DNA of 24,000 nt, from positions 49,868 through 73,867 of the forward strand of contig CBDCZP010000004.1 in assembly GCA_965224605.1 (NCBI GenBank). The letters run 5' to 3'. Source of the DNA: Thiotrichaceae bacterium. Lineage in GTDB: Bacteria > Pseudomonadota > Gammaproteobacteria > Thiotrichales > Thiotrichaceae. Shown piece by piece: positions 13,425 through 21,361 of the stretch. Under the pieces are notes generated by a model. It saw only the letters and a program-made list of their open reading frames with translations. It was not told where the DNA came from and did not search any database. Position 1 is the stretch's first letter. Every line of letters starts with the position of its first letter. The position numbers and the translations under genes are program-made.

Positions 13425-13510
13425 TGAATAAATAATGGTTTTATAAAGAAAATCAGGATAAAAGGCTACAGGCTTATGGAATAGGGCATGGATGTGATAT
13501 TCTGCTGCGC

Positions 13511-14788
13511 ATGAATAATGATCATCTAACCACCACACGCTTTTCTGATTTACCCCTTGCTCCACAAATTCAAACTTCTTTAGACGAAGCCGGCTTTGAA
13601 TTTTGCACACCTGTACAAGAGGAAACACTGAAGCACTCACTTCAAGGCAAAGACGTAACGGGTCAAGCACAAACAGGAACGGGTAAAACCGGCGCTTTTC
13701 TACTCGCAGTATTTCAAAAATTGCTTAAAGAAAGAGAGGCAGTGCCTGCCAAGCCAGGAAATATACGTTGCCTGATTATTGCACCTACTCGTGAATTAGC
13801 CATCCAGATTGCCAACGATGCAAACACACTAGGGAAAAACACAGGCCTAAAAACAGCATTAGTCTATGGCGGCACTGCTTATGAACAACAACGCAGGCAG
13901 TTTGATCATGACGTTGATATTCTGGTAGGAACACCAGGTCGATTGATTGATTATTTCAAACAAAAACTTTATACACTAAGGTACATCCAGGCACTAGTAT
14001 TAGATGAAGCCGATCGTATGTTTGATCTGGGGTTCATCGACGATATTCGTTTTCTGATGCGACGTATGCCAGCTCCGGAAAAACGCTTGAATATGTTGTT
14101 TTCTGCAACGCTCTCTCAACGAGTGTTAGAACTAGCCTATGATCACATGAATAACCCTGTAAAAGTCGAAATTCTAGGAGAAACAATCAGCGCTCGTAAT
14201 ATTGAACAGAGCGTTTATTACCCAGGCAATCATGAAAAAATCCCCTTGCTAGTTGGGATTTTACAACGCGACCGACCTTTTCGTACCATTATTTTTGTAA
14301 ACACCAAACGGAATGCAGAAAACATTGAATCTTTTCTAAAGGGAAATGACATAAAAGCCGCGATGATTTCCGGAGATGTTAGACAAACTAAACGCCAGCG
14401 CTTATTAATAGAATTTGAAGAAGGGAAGTATTCTGCTTTAATAGCAACCGATGTGGCAGCCCGTGGATTGCATATTCCAGACGTTACCCACGTCATCAAC
14501 TTTGACCTACCTCAAATGAAAGAAGACTACGTGCACCGTATAGGTCGTACAGCCCGTGCTGGAGCATCTGGTGAAGCCATTAGTTTCGCCTGTGAAGATA
14601 CCGCACGCTTTCTCCCGCAGATAGAATCCTACATTGAAATGAAGCTACCGATGGAATCCATCACAGCTGATTTATTGCCAGAACTTAAGAAACCCATCAG
14701 AAAGCCCCGTAAAAAATCAAACTTCAAGGGAAAAGGTAGACACCAACCCAATCGCAACAATAACCAAAAGAAGCATTACAAAGCCTAG
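13511..14788 (+). CDS. rhlB: ATP-dependent DEAD-box RNA helicase RhlB.
   Basis: The N-terminus HLTTTRFSDLPLAPQIQTSLDEAGFEFCTPVQ is colinear with E. coli RhlB. Helicase motifs present: AQTGTGKT, PTRELA, DEAD (LDEADRMFD), SAT, and HRIGRTARAG. The C-terminal tail is basic. Confidence 0.9.
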   Translation: MNNDHLTTTRFSDLPLAPQIQTSLDEAGFEFCTPVQEETLKHSLQGKDVTGQAQTGTGKTGAFLLAVFQKLLKEREAVPAKPGNIRCLIIAPTRELAIQIANDANTLGKNTGLKTALVYGGTAYEQQRRQFDHDVDILVGTPGRLIDYFKQKLYTLRYIQALVLDEADRMFDLGFIDDIRFLMRRMPAPEKRLNMLFSATLSQRVLELAYDHMNNPVKVEILGETISARNIEQSVYYPGNHEKIPLLVGILQRDRPFRTIIFVNTKRNAENIESFLKGNDIKAAMISGDVRQTKRQRLLIEFEEGKYSALIATDVAARGLHIPDVTHVINFDLPQMKEDYVHRIGRTARAGASGEAISFACEDTARFLPQIESYIEMKLPMESITADLLPELKKPIRKPRKKSNFKGKGRHQPNRNNNQKKHYKA

Positions 14789-14911
14789 ACAAAAGACATA
14801 ATCAGTCATAGCTGAAAAATACTTAAAATAGTACTGGAACATCGGCACACTTTTTATTATCCTACGCGCTCCCTGAACTGAGACACGTCTAGGGACACAA
14901 TTAGAACAAAT

Positions 14912-15001
14912 GGAGAGGTGACTGAGTGGCCGAAAGTACCGGTTTTGAAAACCGGCGACGGGTTAAACCGTCCCAGGGTTCGAATCCCTGCCTCTCCGCC
15001 A
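14912..15001 (+). tRNA. tRNA-Ser (anticodon UGA), class II with a long variable arm and encoded CCA.
   Basis: GGAGAGG...CCTCTCC acceptor stem. Anticodon stem-loop CCGGT-TTTGAAA-ACCGG. Variable arm CGACGGGTTAAACCGTCCC. T arm CAGGGTTCGAATCCCTG. Discriminator G plus CCA. Near-colinear with E. coli tRNA-Ser(UGA). Confidence 0.95.
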
Positions 15002-15010
15002 TTATTAAAT

Positions 15011-15036
15011 ATCAGGGCATCAAGTTATGCCCTGAT
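15011..15036 (+). terminator. Perfect 10-bp stem hairpin 10 nt after the tRNA; no U-tract.
   Basis: ATCAGGGCAT caagtt ATGCCCTGAT. Confidence 0.3.
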
Positions 15037-15123
15037 ACCCATCTAAAACAACACTCTAAAGATTCAATAGATAACTCGGCATCAAATAAAATGCTGGTAC
15101 ATCAATTCTAAAAGCTGGTATAA

Positions 15124-16401
15124 ATGCTGGTATCCGAAATAAGAAAACGGGCGTACCAGCAAATGACTAGTTACAAAACCAATAAGTTAAGCGATCCTGA
15201 GTGCCGTAGCGCAAAACCTAAAGGTAAGCTGTATAAGCTTGCAGATGGCGGTGGTTTGCATCTTAACGTATTAACATCAGGTTCTAAGGTGTGGCGATAC
15301 AGCTACAGAATTCACAACAAACAGAAAACCTATACGATAGGCAATTATCCAGATACCAGCTTATCAGTAGCCCGTACCAGCAGAGATAGTGCAAAAAAGC
15401 TGGTACATGCTGGTATTGATCCTTCACAACAGAAACAAATATCTAAACGTCAAATAGCAGAAAACTCTTTTCAGGGTGTCGCTGAAACATGGCTGGCACA
15501 AATGAAAGGCGAATGGTCTGATACTCACTACACAAGATTAAACAGTTATCTATCCCGTGATGCTTATCCATTGATAGGAAATAGGGCGGTTGATGAAATA
15601 GAAGCACCTGAGATTATCCCTGTAATTATGGCGGTGGCTAGCCGTGGAGCTGTTGATTCGGCTAAACGTATCAAGGGAATGGTTCAGCAAGTATTCGATT
15701 ATGCTTTAGTGCATGGCAAGGTTAAACGTAATCCAGCAAGAGATATTAATCTTACTATGCTGTTACCCAAGACGTTAAAGCGACACTATGCGACTATTAC
15801 AGAACCACAAGAGCTAGGTAGGCTATTACGCTCAATAGATGACTATAAAGGCGGTATTGTTGTAAAGAGTGCATTACAAATTGCACCATATGCTTATGGC
15901 TAGACCTTCTGAAATATCTAATGGGGAGTGGGCAGAGATAGATTTTGATACATCTACTTGGACTATTCCGGCGAAGAGAAGAAAGTTACCAATGCACATC
16001 AAGAAAGCCAATAGAGAACAGGACAGCCACATCATACCCTTATGCCCTCAAGCTCTGGCAATACTGGAAAACTTGAAACAGTACACGGGTAGGGGTGTTT
16101 ATATCTTTCCTTCTGCAAGGGGCAATGTCTAATAATGCCTTGCGTACAGGTCTAAGGACTATGGGTTATTCAAATGATCAGATAACAGCACATGGCTTTA
16201 GAGGTGTAGCCAGCACGCTTTTAAATGAGCAAGGTTTCAGGACAAAGGTTATAGAGGCTCAACTATCGCATAAGCTCAAGAGTGCCGTTGAAGGTGCTTA
16301 CAATCATGCACGAAAGACGGGATATGCTTATTCAGTGGGGTAATTATTTAGATAACCTGAAACATAGGGCTGATGTGATACCGATAAAACGTAAAGCCTG
16401 A
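15124..16401 (+). pseudogene. int: P4-family tyrosine integrase (N-terminal DUF4102-type arm domain), disrupted by three frame changes.
   Basis: Four colinear pieces: 15124-15903 (...AKPKGKLYKLADGGGLHLNVLTSGSKVWRYSY...), 15869-16132 (...RPSEISNGEWAEIDFDTSTWTIPA...VYIFPSARG), 16095-16343 (MSNNALRTGLRTMGY...TAHGFRGVASTLLNE...EAQLSH...AYNHA), and my own translation of 16306-16401 (HERRDMLIQWGNYLDNLKHRADVIPIKRKA*). The frames run 1, 2, 3, 1. Confidence 0.85.
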
Positions 16402-16428
16402 ATAATTGGTAGTAAAGTAAAATATAAG

Positions 16429-16459
16429 AGCCTTCACATGACACTGAGGGCTTTTTTTT
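16429..16459 (+). terminator. Rho-independent terminator after the integrase remnant.
   Basis: AGCCTTCA catgacac TGAGGGCT forms an 8-bp stem with one G-U pair, running into a T8 tract (16452-16459). Confidence 0.6.
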
Positions 16460-16619
16460 GCATGCAAGAAAATAAAGTTTAAAAAACACAGGCCGACACT
16501 GTACTAGCCAGAGGCCTTATCATTCTTCACTTACCCGCAAGGGCTTTACTTATCGCTTAGATATTTAATGGTGATCAACACTTACCAAACTAATTTACAA
16601 ATGATAATGAGGAACTAAT

Positions 16620-17482
16620 ATGAGCAAGCTGACATGGCAACTAAAAAACTTACTTCGACACAATAGAGACGGAGGAAGGGCAACCCAAAAAACTAGACAA
16701 GAAACCCTGGTGCTGACATCAAAACAGCTAAACGATCTTGGGTTTGTGCAGATGAAAGTAATAGGATTAAAAACTAAACACATCACCCGATTAACAGAAA
16801 AATGGAAAACAGATGGACTAGCCACAGGCACGATAAAGAACCGTATGGCGCATATCCGCTGGTGGGCAGAAAAGACCAATAGAAGCCATCTAATCCCTAC
16901 CAATGACGAATTAGGCATAGATAAAAGAATCTATGTAACCAATGAAAGCAAAGCCGTACAACTAACACCAGGGCACCTGGAGCAAGTAAGTGACCCATAC
17001 ATAAAATACAGCCTACAGCTACAAGCCCAATTTGGACTAAGGAGAGAAGAATCCATCAAGTTCAACGCCCACTACGCAGACAAGGGAGACAAAATAATCC
17101 TCAAAGCAGGTTGGTGTAAAGGTGGTAGAAGTAGAGAAATACCCATAGTATCCAATGAACAAAGAAACTTGGTTGACCAGATAAAGCGTGAATGTGGTAA
17201 TTCAGCACTAATCCACCTCATCTACAATACAAACATCAGAAAGACCTTTACAAGAACACCATACCCAAAATAGGACTAGGAAAAGGACATGGTCTACGCC
17301 ACAACTACGCCCAAATCAGATATAAAGAGCTATCAGGCAACGAATGCCCAGCAAAAGGAGGAAGGCATCAAAGAGGGATGAACAAAGAAGAGCGCGAGTA
17401 TGATCGACAAATACGTTTACAAATTTCAGAAGAGCTAGGTCATAGCAGGGAGCAGATTACTTCAGTTTACTTGGGTAGCTGA
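16620..17482 (+). pseudogene. Second tyrosine recombinase (plasmid/phage 'integrase N-terminal domain' type), frameshifted near 17210.
   Basis: The track ORF 16620-17273 carries the N-terminal and core parts (...GLRREESIKF...). My translation of another frame (open from 17201) gives ...PPHLQYKHQKDLYKNTIPKIGLGKGHGLRHNYAQIRYKEL...LGHSREQITSVYLGS*, ending at 17482. That segment contains the catalytic HxLRH and the terminal Tyr. Confidence 0.75.
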
Positions 17483-17489
17483 CAAGAAA

Positions 17490-17902
17490 CTATAGATCAC
17501 TTAACACTAAAGTAAGTGGTGAATGTAGTTTTACCGCTCGAAAGTCACGCTCATCAACGGTAAGAACATCAAAAACATTCAGCTCTTCAGCAGTAGACAT
17601 AACAATAGTGTCGGCTAAGCCCAATTCTAAGTCTCGATATTGACCTATCAGATGATGACAACGATGAAGAGTAGCAGTTGTTAGTGGTCGTAAATGAAAG
17701 ACACCGCTTGAAGGTCAGTAATAAAATCTAACTCAGCATCAACACCTAACAGTTTTAAAAGGAGATAATCAATTTCAGCCAGAATGCCTTCAGGAATGAT
17801 AATTTGACCTGAGTGTTTGTTAATAATCTCTTGAACCTTATGATGATACTGATCGCTACCATCATAAAAGGCATAAATCGCTCCAGTATCAGCTATCAGC
17901 AT
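17490..17902 (-). pseudogene. vapC: PIN-domain (VapC-like) toxin, frameshifted near 17700.
   Basis: The N-terminal part is MLIADTGAIYAFYDGSDQYH... (ATG at 17902; the frame ends at the stop at 17681). The C-terminal part is in another frame by my translation: ...GVFHLRPLTTATLHRCHHLIGQYRDLELGLADTIVMSTAEELNVFDVLTVDERDFRAVKL...*, with its stop at 17490-17492. It has the typical PIN acidic residues (D5, E, D.., T.D.RDF). Confidence 0.7.
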
Positions 17903-18158
17903 GGGTTCTTCTTTTCTCAACAGCTTCTATTTTTTCTCTGAAAAGAAGATCTTTCGCATTGACAGACACATCAGACCGACCACTATAATAGATACGTCCT
18001 ACGGGCTTAGGTGTTGATTTAACCTCTGTATCTACAGAGTTATCATCAAGTGAAATTTTCTCATCACTAGCAAGTTTAGACACAAGAATATGCACCAACC
18101 TGAGCTTGTCAGCATGGGGGAGTGTTTCAACTAAAGGCATAATTTCTGTAATAGACAT
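17889..18158 (-). CDS. Putative antitoxin / addiction-module component upstream of the PIN toxin remnant.
   Basis: 89 aa, overlapping the toxin start by 14 nt. The N-terminus MSITEIMPLVETLPHADKLRLVHILVSKL resembles the 'putative addiction module component' family (...L.L..L....+..L...L..SL). The ORF is intact. Confidence 0.55.
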   Translation of the reverse strand: MSITEIMPLVETLPHADKLRLVHILVSKLASDEKISLDDNSVDTEVKSTPKPVGRIYYSGRSDVSVNAKDLLFREKIEAVEKRRTHADS

Positions 18159-18182
18159 ACTTAACCCGTCAATAAATAACTA

Positions 18183-18227
18183 GTGTTAGTAATATAATAC
18201 TAGCACACATCATTAATAATAATGTGC
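18183..18227. promoter_or_regulatory. Two adjacent inverted repeats upstream of the TA operon; a candidate autoregulatory operator.
   Basis: GTGTTAGTA atataa TACTAGCAC (18183-18206, 8/9 complementary), and CACACAT ...10 nt... ATGTGCT (18204-18227). They lie 25-70 nt upstream of the antitoxin ATG at 18158. Confidence 0.35.
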
Positions 18228-18456
18228 TCTGTCTTACGAGATACAAGGATAACGTGACACTTGGATCTATGGTTAAGCCATGATCATAATTAATCAACAA
18301 ACTATTCCCTGAAGTAATTCATGAAGAAAAGAAAGTTTGCCATCATTAACGGTGGTATTTGTAAAAATAAAAGAAAGCCTGATCATGGTCGGAAATTGTA
18401 CTTAACATTAGATTAGACTTAGACAGATGTATAATTAGGTCTGACTCTATGACATT

Positions 18457-19044
18457 TCACAACTTTGCTTTGGGCGGTACGTATCTAACCCAAGGATAAT
18501 CTTCGTCTTCTTTTACTTTCATCCATAGTAGGTCAGCTGAGTTTCTCCATGCATCTAGGATAATAGCTTCTTGAATGCTTTGTCCTTTTGCCCTTATGCT
18601 AGGTACATTGTGTTCAAGGTATTTCCCCTGAAAGGCCATCATGCGTTCTAATACTAGTGTTTTATAGGGTCTATTTAAGTGTACCATTAAGTCTTGTGCG
18701 AAATGATAACAGTGGCCTTTTTTTCTTACCCCTGCATTCACCATTTGGTTATGGTAATTGGGTGGGGTCATGAGTTGGTATTCATTGGCTAATATTTTTG
18801 GGTAAAGTACGGCTTCATAGGCGACAAGATTTGCTTCCGCCTCGTCTACGTCGGGAGATAGATTCTTAATGGCTCTGGCGAGTTCATGAATTTTATTTTT
18901 ATCGGCTGAAGTAATGGATTGATACTTTGTGTGGCGGTTTTCGTCGACGGAGATACCATCAAAATGGATAGGTGGTGAAATATACATACAACCTGATAAA
19001 GTTAGTGCGCAAAGACTAATGATGACAGAAGTTGTAATTTTCAT
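18457..19044 (-). CDS. Lipoprotein of unknown function with a transglutaminase-like Cys/His/Asp spacing.
   Basis: Lipobox LTLSG/C (Cys19). The motif KKGHCYHFAQDLMVHL resembles the transglutaminase-core G.C..FA..L. A His occurs ~37 aa later (YLEHNV) and an Asp ~18 aa after that (ILDAW). Confidence 0.65.
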   Translation of the reverse strand: MKITTSVIISLCALTLSGCMYISPPIHFDGISVDENRHTKYQSITSADKNKIHELARAIKNLSPDVDEAEANLVAYEAVLYPKILANEYQLMTPPNYHNQMVNAGVRKKGHCYHFAQDLMVHLNRPYKTLVLERMMAFQGKYLEHNVPSIRAKGQSIQEAIILDAWRNSADLLWMKVKEDEDYPWVRYVPPKAKL

Positions 19045-19220
19045 AATAATTTTTAATACGGTTAAGAGTATAATTAAGAATAGGATTAAGTTCTTTATTC
19101 CAATGTGTGATATTGGGTCTAGGATAGCTTTTTTTCAGGATAATAAAAGATATAAGTTGTTTATTTAATCATGAGGGACACCATATGACATTTAACTTGA
19201 GTAATGTGTAAACCGTTAGT

Positions 19221-20330
19221 ATGAATAAAATATATTGTTTCGGCTTTTTATTTTTCTCAAAAAACACCATTAGACGGTTTTTTGCGGATGAAAAAGCGAC
19301 TCTGGTTTTTGTCCGTTCGGCAACTATGGCTATCAACAAAGGTTTTGATCATAGTTCCGGCATTGCTTCATGGGGGAAACGTGGCGAGCAACAGGCGTTG
19401 TTGTTGTCAGCACAGTTTGGCGTGCCTGTCTGGCGTGTTGAAGATGGATTTATACGTTCCTCAGGTCTGGGTTCTGATTATTCTCCCCCAGCTTCTTTGG
19501 TCATTGATAAACAGGGTATTTATTATGACCCTTCGAAAGCTAGTGAGCTCGAGTCTATTTTGCAGTCCGGTACTTTTGATGAAGATTTATTGATTCGTGC
19601 GCAGCGCATTAGGCAGTTATTGGTTGAGCAATCTATTAGCAAATATAACCTGGGTTCATCACTTGATGACAATTTAAAACAGTCTATAAAAGGCAAAACA
19701 GTGGTGTTGATTCCTGGTCAGGTTGAGGACGATGCATCGATACAAAAGGGCACGGTCGATATTAAGACTAATACGGATTTAATCAAAAAAGTTAGTCACT
19801 TATGTAAAGAACGTAAAAATTACAAAGAACGTAAAGATGTCTTTGTGATTTATAAGCCTCATCCGGATGTGGTAAGTGGTAATCGTATCGGTCATGTTGA
19901 CACTGAAGTGACTCAGCAATACTGTGATGCCGTTTTGGATGATGTGAGCATCACGGACTGTCTGGCGATTGCTAATGAGGTGCACACCATGACGTCACTC
20001 GTGGGAATGGAAGCCCTCATGAGGGGCTGCAAGGTGTTTTGTTATGGTCTGCCTTTTTATGCGTGCTGGGGTTTGACTGAGGATCAATACCCGCTGGCAC
20101 GGCGCACCCGTCGTTTGAGCTTGGCGGAGTTGCTCGCTGGGACTTATATTCTTTATCCACGCTATATGGATTGGGAGAACAACCGTCTTTGTACGGCTGA
20201 ATGTGCGATAAAACAAATGGGTGAAAAGATTCAACAGCAAGGAGGCAAGCAGTTGAATAAAGTCAGTCGAGTACGTAGACAATTACGTAAATTGGTGAAT
20301 ATGGGGCGAGGTGTTTTACAATCTCTTTAG
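19221..20330 (+). CDS. Capsule-type polysaccharide biosynthesis protein of the KpsC/LpsZ family (beta-Kdo transferase-like), single module.
   Basis: The N-terminal region ...ASWGKRGEQQALLLSAQFGVPVWRVEDGFIRSSGLGSDYSPPASLVIDKQGIYYDPSKASELESIL is colinear with the E. coli KpsC N-terminus (..VWGHR....A..AGKPVIRLEDGFVRS..LG....PLSLVVDD.GIYYDAS.PS.LE.L). Later motifs: LIPGQVEDDASI, YKPHPDV, VHTMTSLVGMEAL. Confidence 0.8.
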   Translation: MNKIYCFGFLFFSKNTIRRFFADEKATLVFVRSATMAINKGFDHSSGIASWGKRGEQQALLLSAQFGVPVWRVEDGFIRSSGLGSDYSPPASLVIDKQGIYYDPSKASELESILQSGTFDEDLLIRAQRIRQLLVEQSISKYNLGSSLDDNLKQSIKGKTVVLIPGQVEDDASIQKGTVDIKTNTDLIKKVSHLCKERKNYKERKDVFVIYKPHPDVVSGNRIGHVDTEVTQQYCDAVLDDVSITDCLAIANEVHTMTSLVGMEALMRGCKVFCYGLPFYACWGLTEDQYPLARRTRRLSLAELLAGTYILYPRYMDWENNRLCTAECAIKQMGEKIQQQGGKQLNKVSRVRRQLRKLVNMGRGVLQSL

Positions 20331-20347
20331 GAACCTTTGAGGTTCCT

Positions 20348-21361
20348 TTAGCTCTGCATTTTACGAAACTGCCCGGGAGCCATGGCTTCAATCTGCTTAA
20401 AGGCCGCATAAAAATTAGACTGTGAGGTGAATCCAACCTCAAGCCCTATCGAAAGTACCGAAGCTTTGGGTTCTTCGATTAACAGTCTTTTGGCTTCATT
20501 AATTCTATATTCACGTAAATATTGGGAAAAGCCTTTTCCTAAGCGTGTATTAATCAATTCAGAGAGTTGATGAGGCGATATGTTGACGCTTTCTGCAAGT
20601 GTGTTCAAATGCAAGTTTTCGTTATTATAGAGCTTATCCTCAAGCATTAACTTCTCTAGTTTATTCAGTACACTGTCGGTATCAATATTTTCCAGCGTCG
20701 AGGCAATATAAGAGGCTTGAGCTGCTTCGGAGACCTCTGTTGTTAAACCGGGTGATCTTAATAAAATCAGATCGGTCACAAAGAATGCCAAACCTAGATT
20801 AATCGCATAGTAGGCATAGAATATTTCTTTCGTGAGTACTGGAACGAATAGCCCAAGTATCAAGACGGTAATAGCAATAACAAACATCACCGCAAGTGCG
20901 AGGATTTCCTGTTTAAAGCGACTGCGTTGATCGCGGAGTTGATAGAGTGTGTAAGCAAGCCAAATGACATAGCCACCACCGATGATAAAGGAGGTTGGTT
21001 GTGCTATTTCGTAGGCAATAAACGGAGCGATGATAATGGGTACGAAATGTAACCATTGAATCGGAGAGTAATGACTCTTGGCTTTTAATAAATCTTTGCT
21101 AAAGAAATAAAATGAGGGCGCCACGGTAAACAGGCAGAGATTGTATAAAACAGGATGGAGAAATTCACCGCTAAGCTGAGCAGGGTGCAGAAAGTGGTAA
21201 TGGACTATTTGCAACCCTGTCAGACTGGTAAGGAGCGCGATTCCTGCTAATCGAGGTAGCCATTTATGTTGGTATTCCGAGCAACTAAAATGAGTGATCA
21301 GTAGCAATAATGCACTGAAAACAGAAAAACCGATTAAGAGTGTTGCCAGAGTTTGAATCAT
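20348..21361 (-). CDS. Membrane-anchored AraC/XylS-family transcriptional regulator.
   Basis: The N-terminal ~200 aa contains about 6 hydrophobic helices. The C-terminal part is an AraC HTH: LNTLAESVNISPHQLSELINTRLGKGFSQYLREYRINEAKRLL...IGLEVGFTSQSNFYAAFKQ. The ATG at 21359-21361 overlaps the murI TGA by 1 nt. Confidence 0.85.
   Translation of the reverse strand: MIQTLATLLIGFSVFSALLLLITHFSCSEYQHKWLPRLAGIALLTSLTGLQIVHYHFLHPAQLSGEFLHPVLYNLCLFTVAPSFYFFSKDLLKAKSHYSPIQWLHFVPIIIAPFIAYEIAQPTSFIIGGGYVIWLAYTLYQLRDQRSRFKQEILALAVMFVIAITVLILGLFVPVLTKEIFYAYYAINLGLAFFVTDLILLRSPGLTTEVSEAAQASYIASTLENIDTDSVLNKLEKLMLEDKLYNNENLHLNTLAESVNISPHQLSELINTRLGKGFSQYLREYRINEAKRLLIEEPKASVLSIGLEVGFTSQSNFYAAFKQIEAMAPGQFRKMQS

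Larger units (their letters stand above)
15002..18456 (+). mobile_element. Degenerate tRNA-Ser-associated integrated element (genomic island remnant). The right boundary is not defined.
   Basis: A P4-type integrase lies immediately 3' of the tRNA, followed by a second tyrosine recombinase and a TA module. Three of the four genes are frame-disrupted. I found no direct repeat of the tRNA 3' end by eye, so the right end given here is only the last non-core intergenic region. Confidence 0.45.

Noticed and set aside
13365-13670. 101-aa minus-strand ORF.
   Set aside because: It overlaps the well-supported rhlB N-terminus in antisense and the AT-rich promoter region. It has no recognisable features.
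14926-15111. 61-aa ORF.
   Set aside because: It overlaps the tRNA-Ser gene and its downstream hairpin.
18321-18416. 31-aa basic ORF (MKKRKFAIINGGICKNKRKPDHGRKLYLTLD) in the AT-rich gap after the TA module.
   Set aside because: It has no Shine-Dalgarno sequence, no hydrophobic or otherwise recognisable small-protein signature, and its length is consistent with chance in AT-rich DNA.
18448-19196. TATGACATTT[C/A]AC at 18448-18460 and 19184-19196, flanking the lipoprotein gene like a target-site duplication.
   Set aside because: It is only a 10-nt exact match. Hundreds of such pairs are expected by chance in 24 kb of AT-rich DNA, and there are no terminal inverted repeats or transposase.
15002-19220. 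Search for an attR, i.e. a direct repeat of the tRNA-Ser 3' end (..GGTTCGAATCCCTGCCTCTCCGCCA), to bound the island.
   Set aside because: I saw no convincing copy. The best was ATTCCCTGAAG near 18305, which is only ~7 nt. The right boundary is therefore left undefined, not asserted.
771-20802. Short overlapping or antisense ORFs on the track: 771-956, 944-1180, 2035-2313, 2382-2591, 3279-3530, 4525-4773, 4805-5050, 6599-6805, 6715-6927, 7280-7474, 8317-8556, 9366-9593, 9781-9984, 14230-14499, 16595-16918, 18929-19168, 19282-19593, 19800-19985, 19995-20282, 20599-20802.
   Set aside because: Each is nested in or antisense to a longer ORF with family-level support or better start signals. Their compositions are typical of out-of-frame readings.
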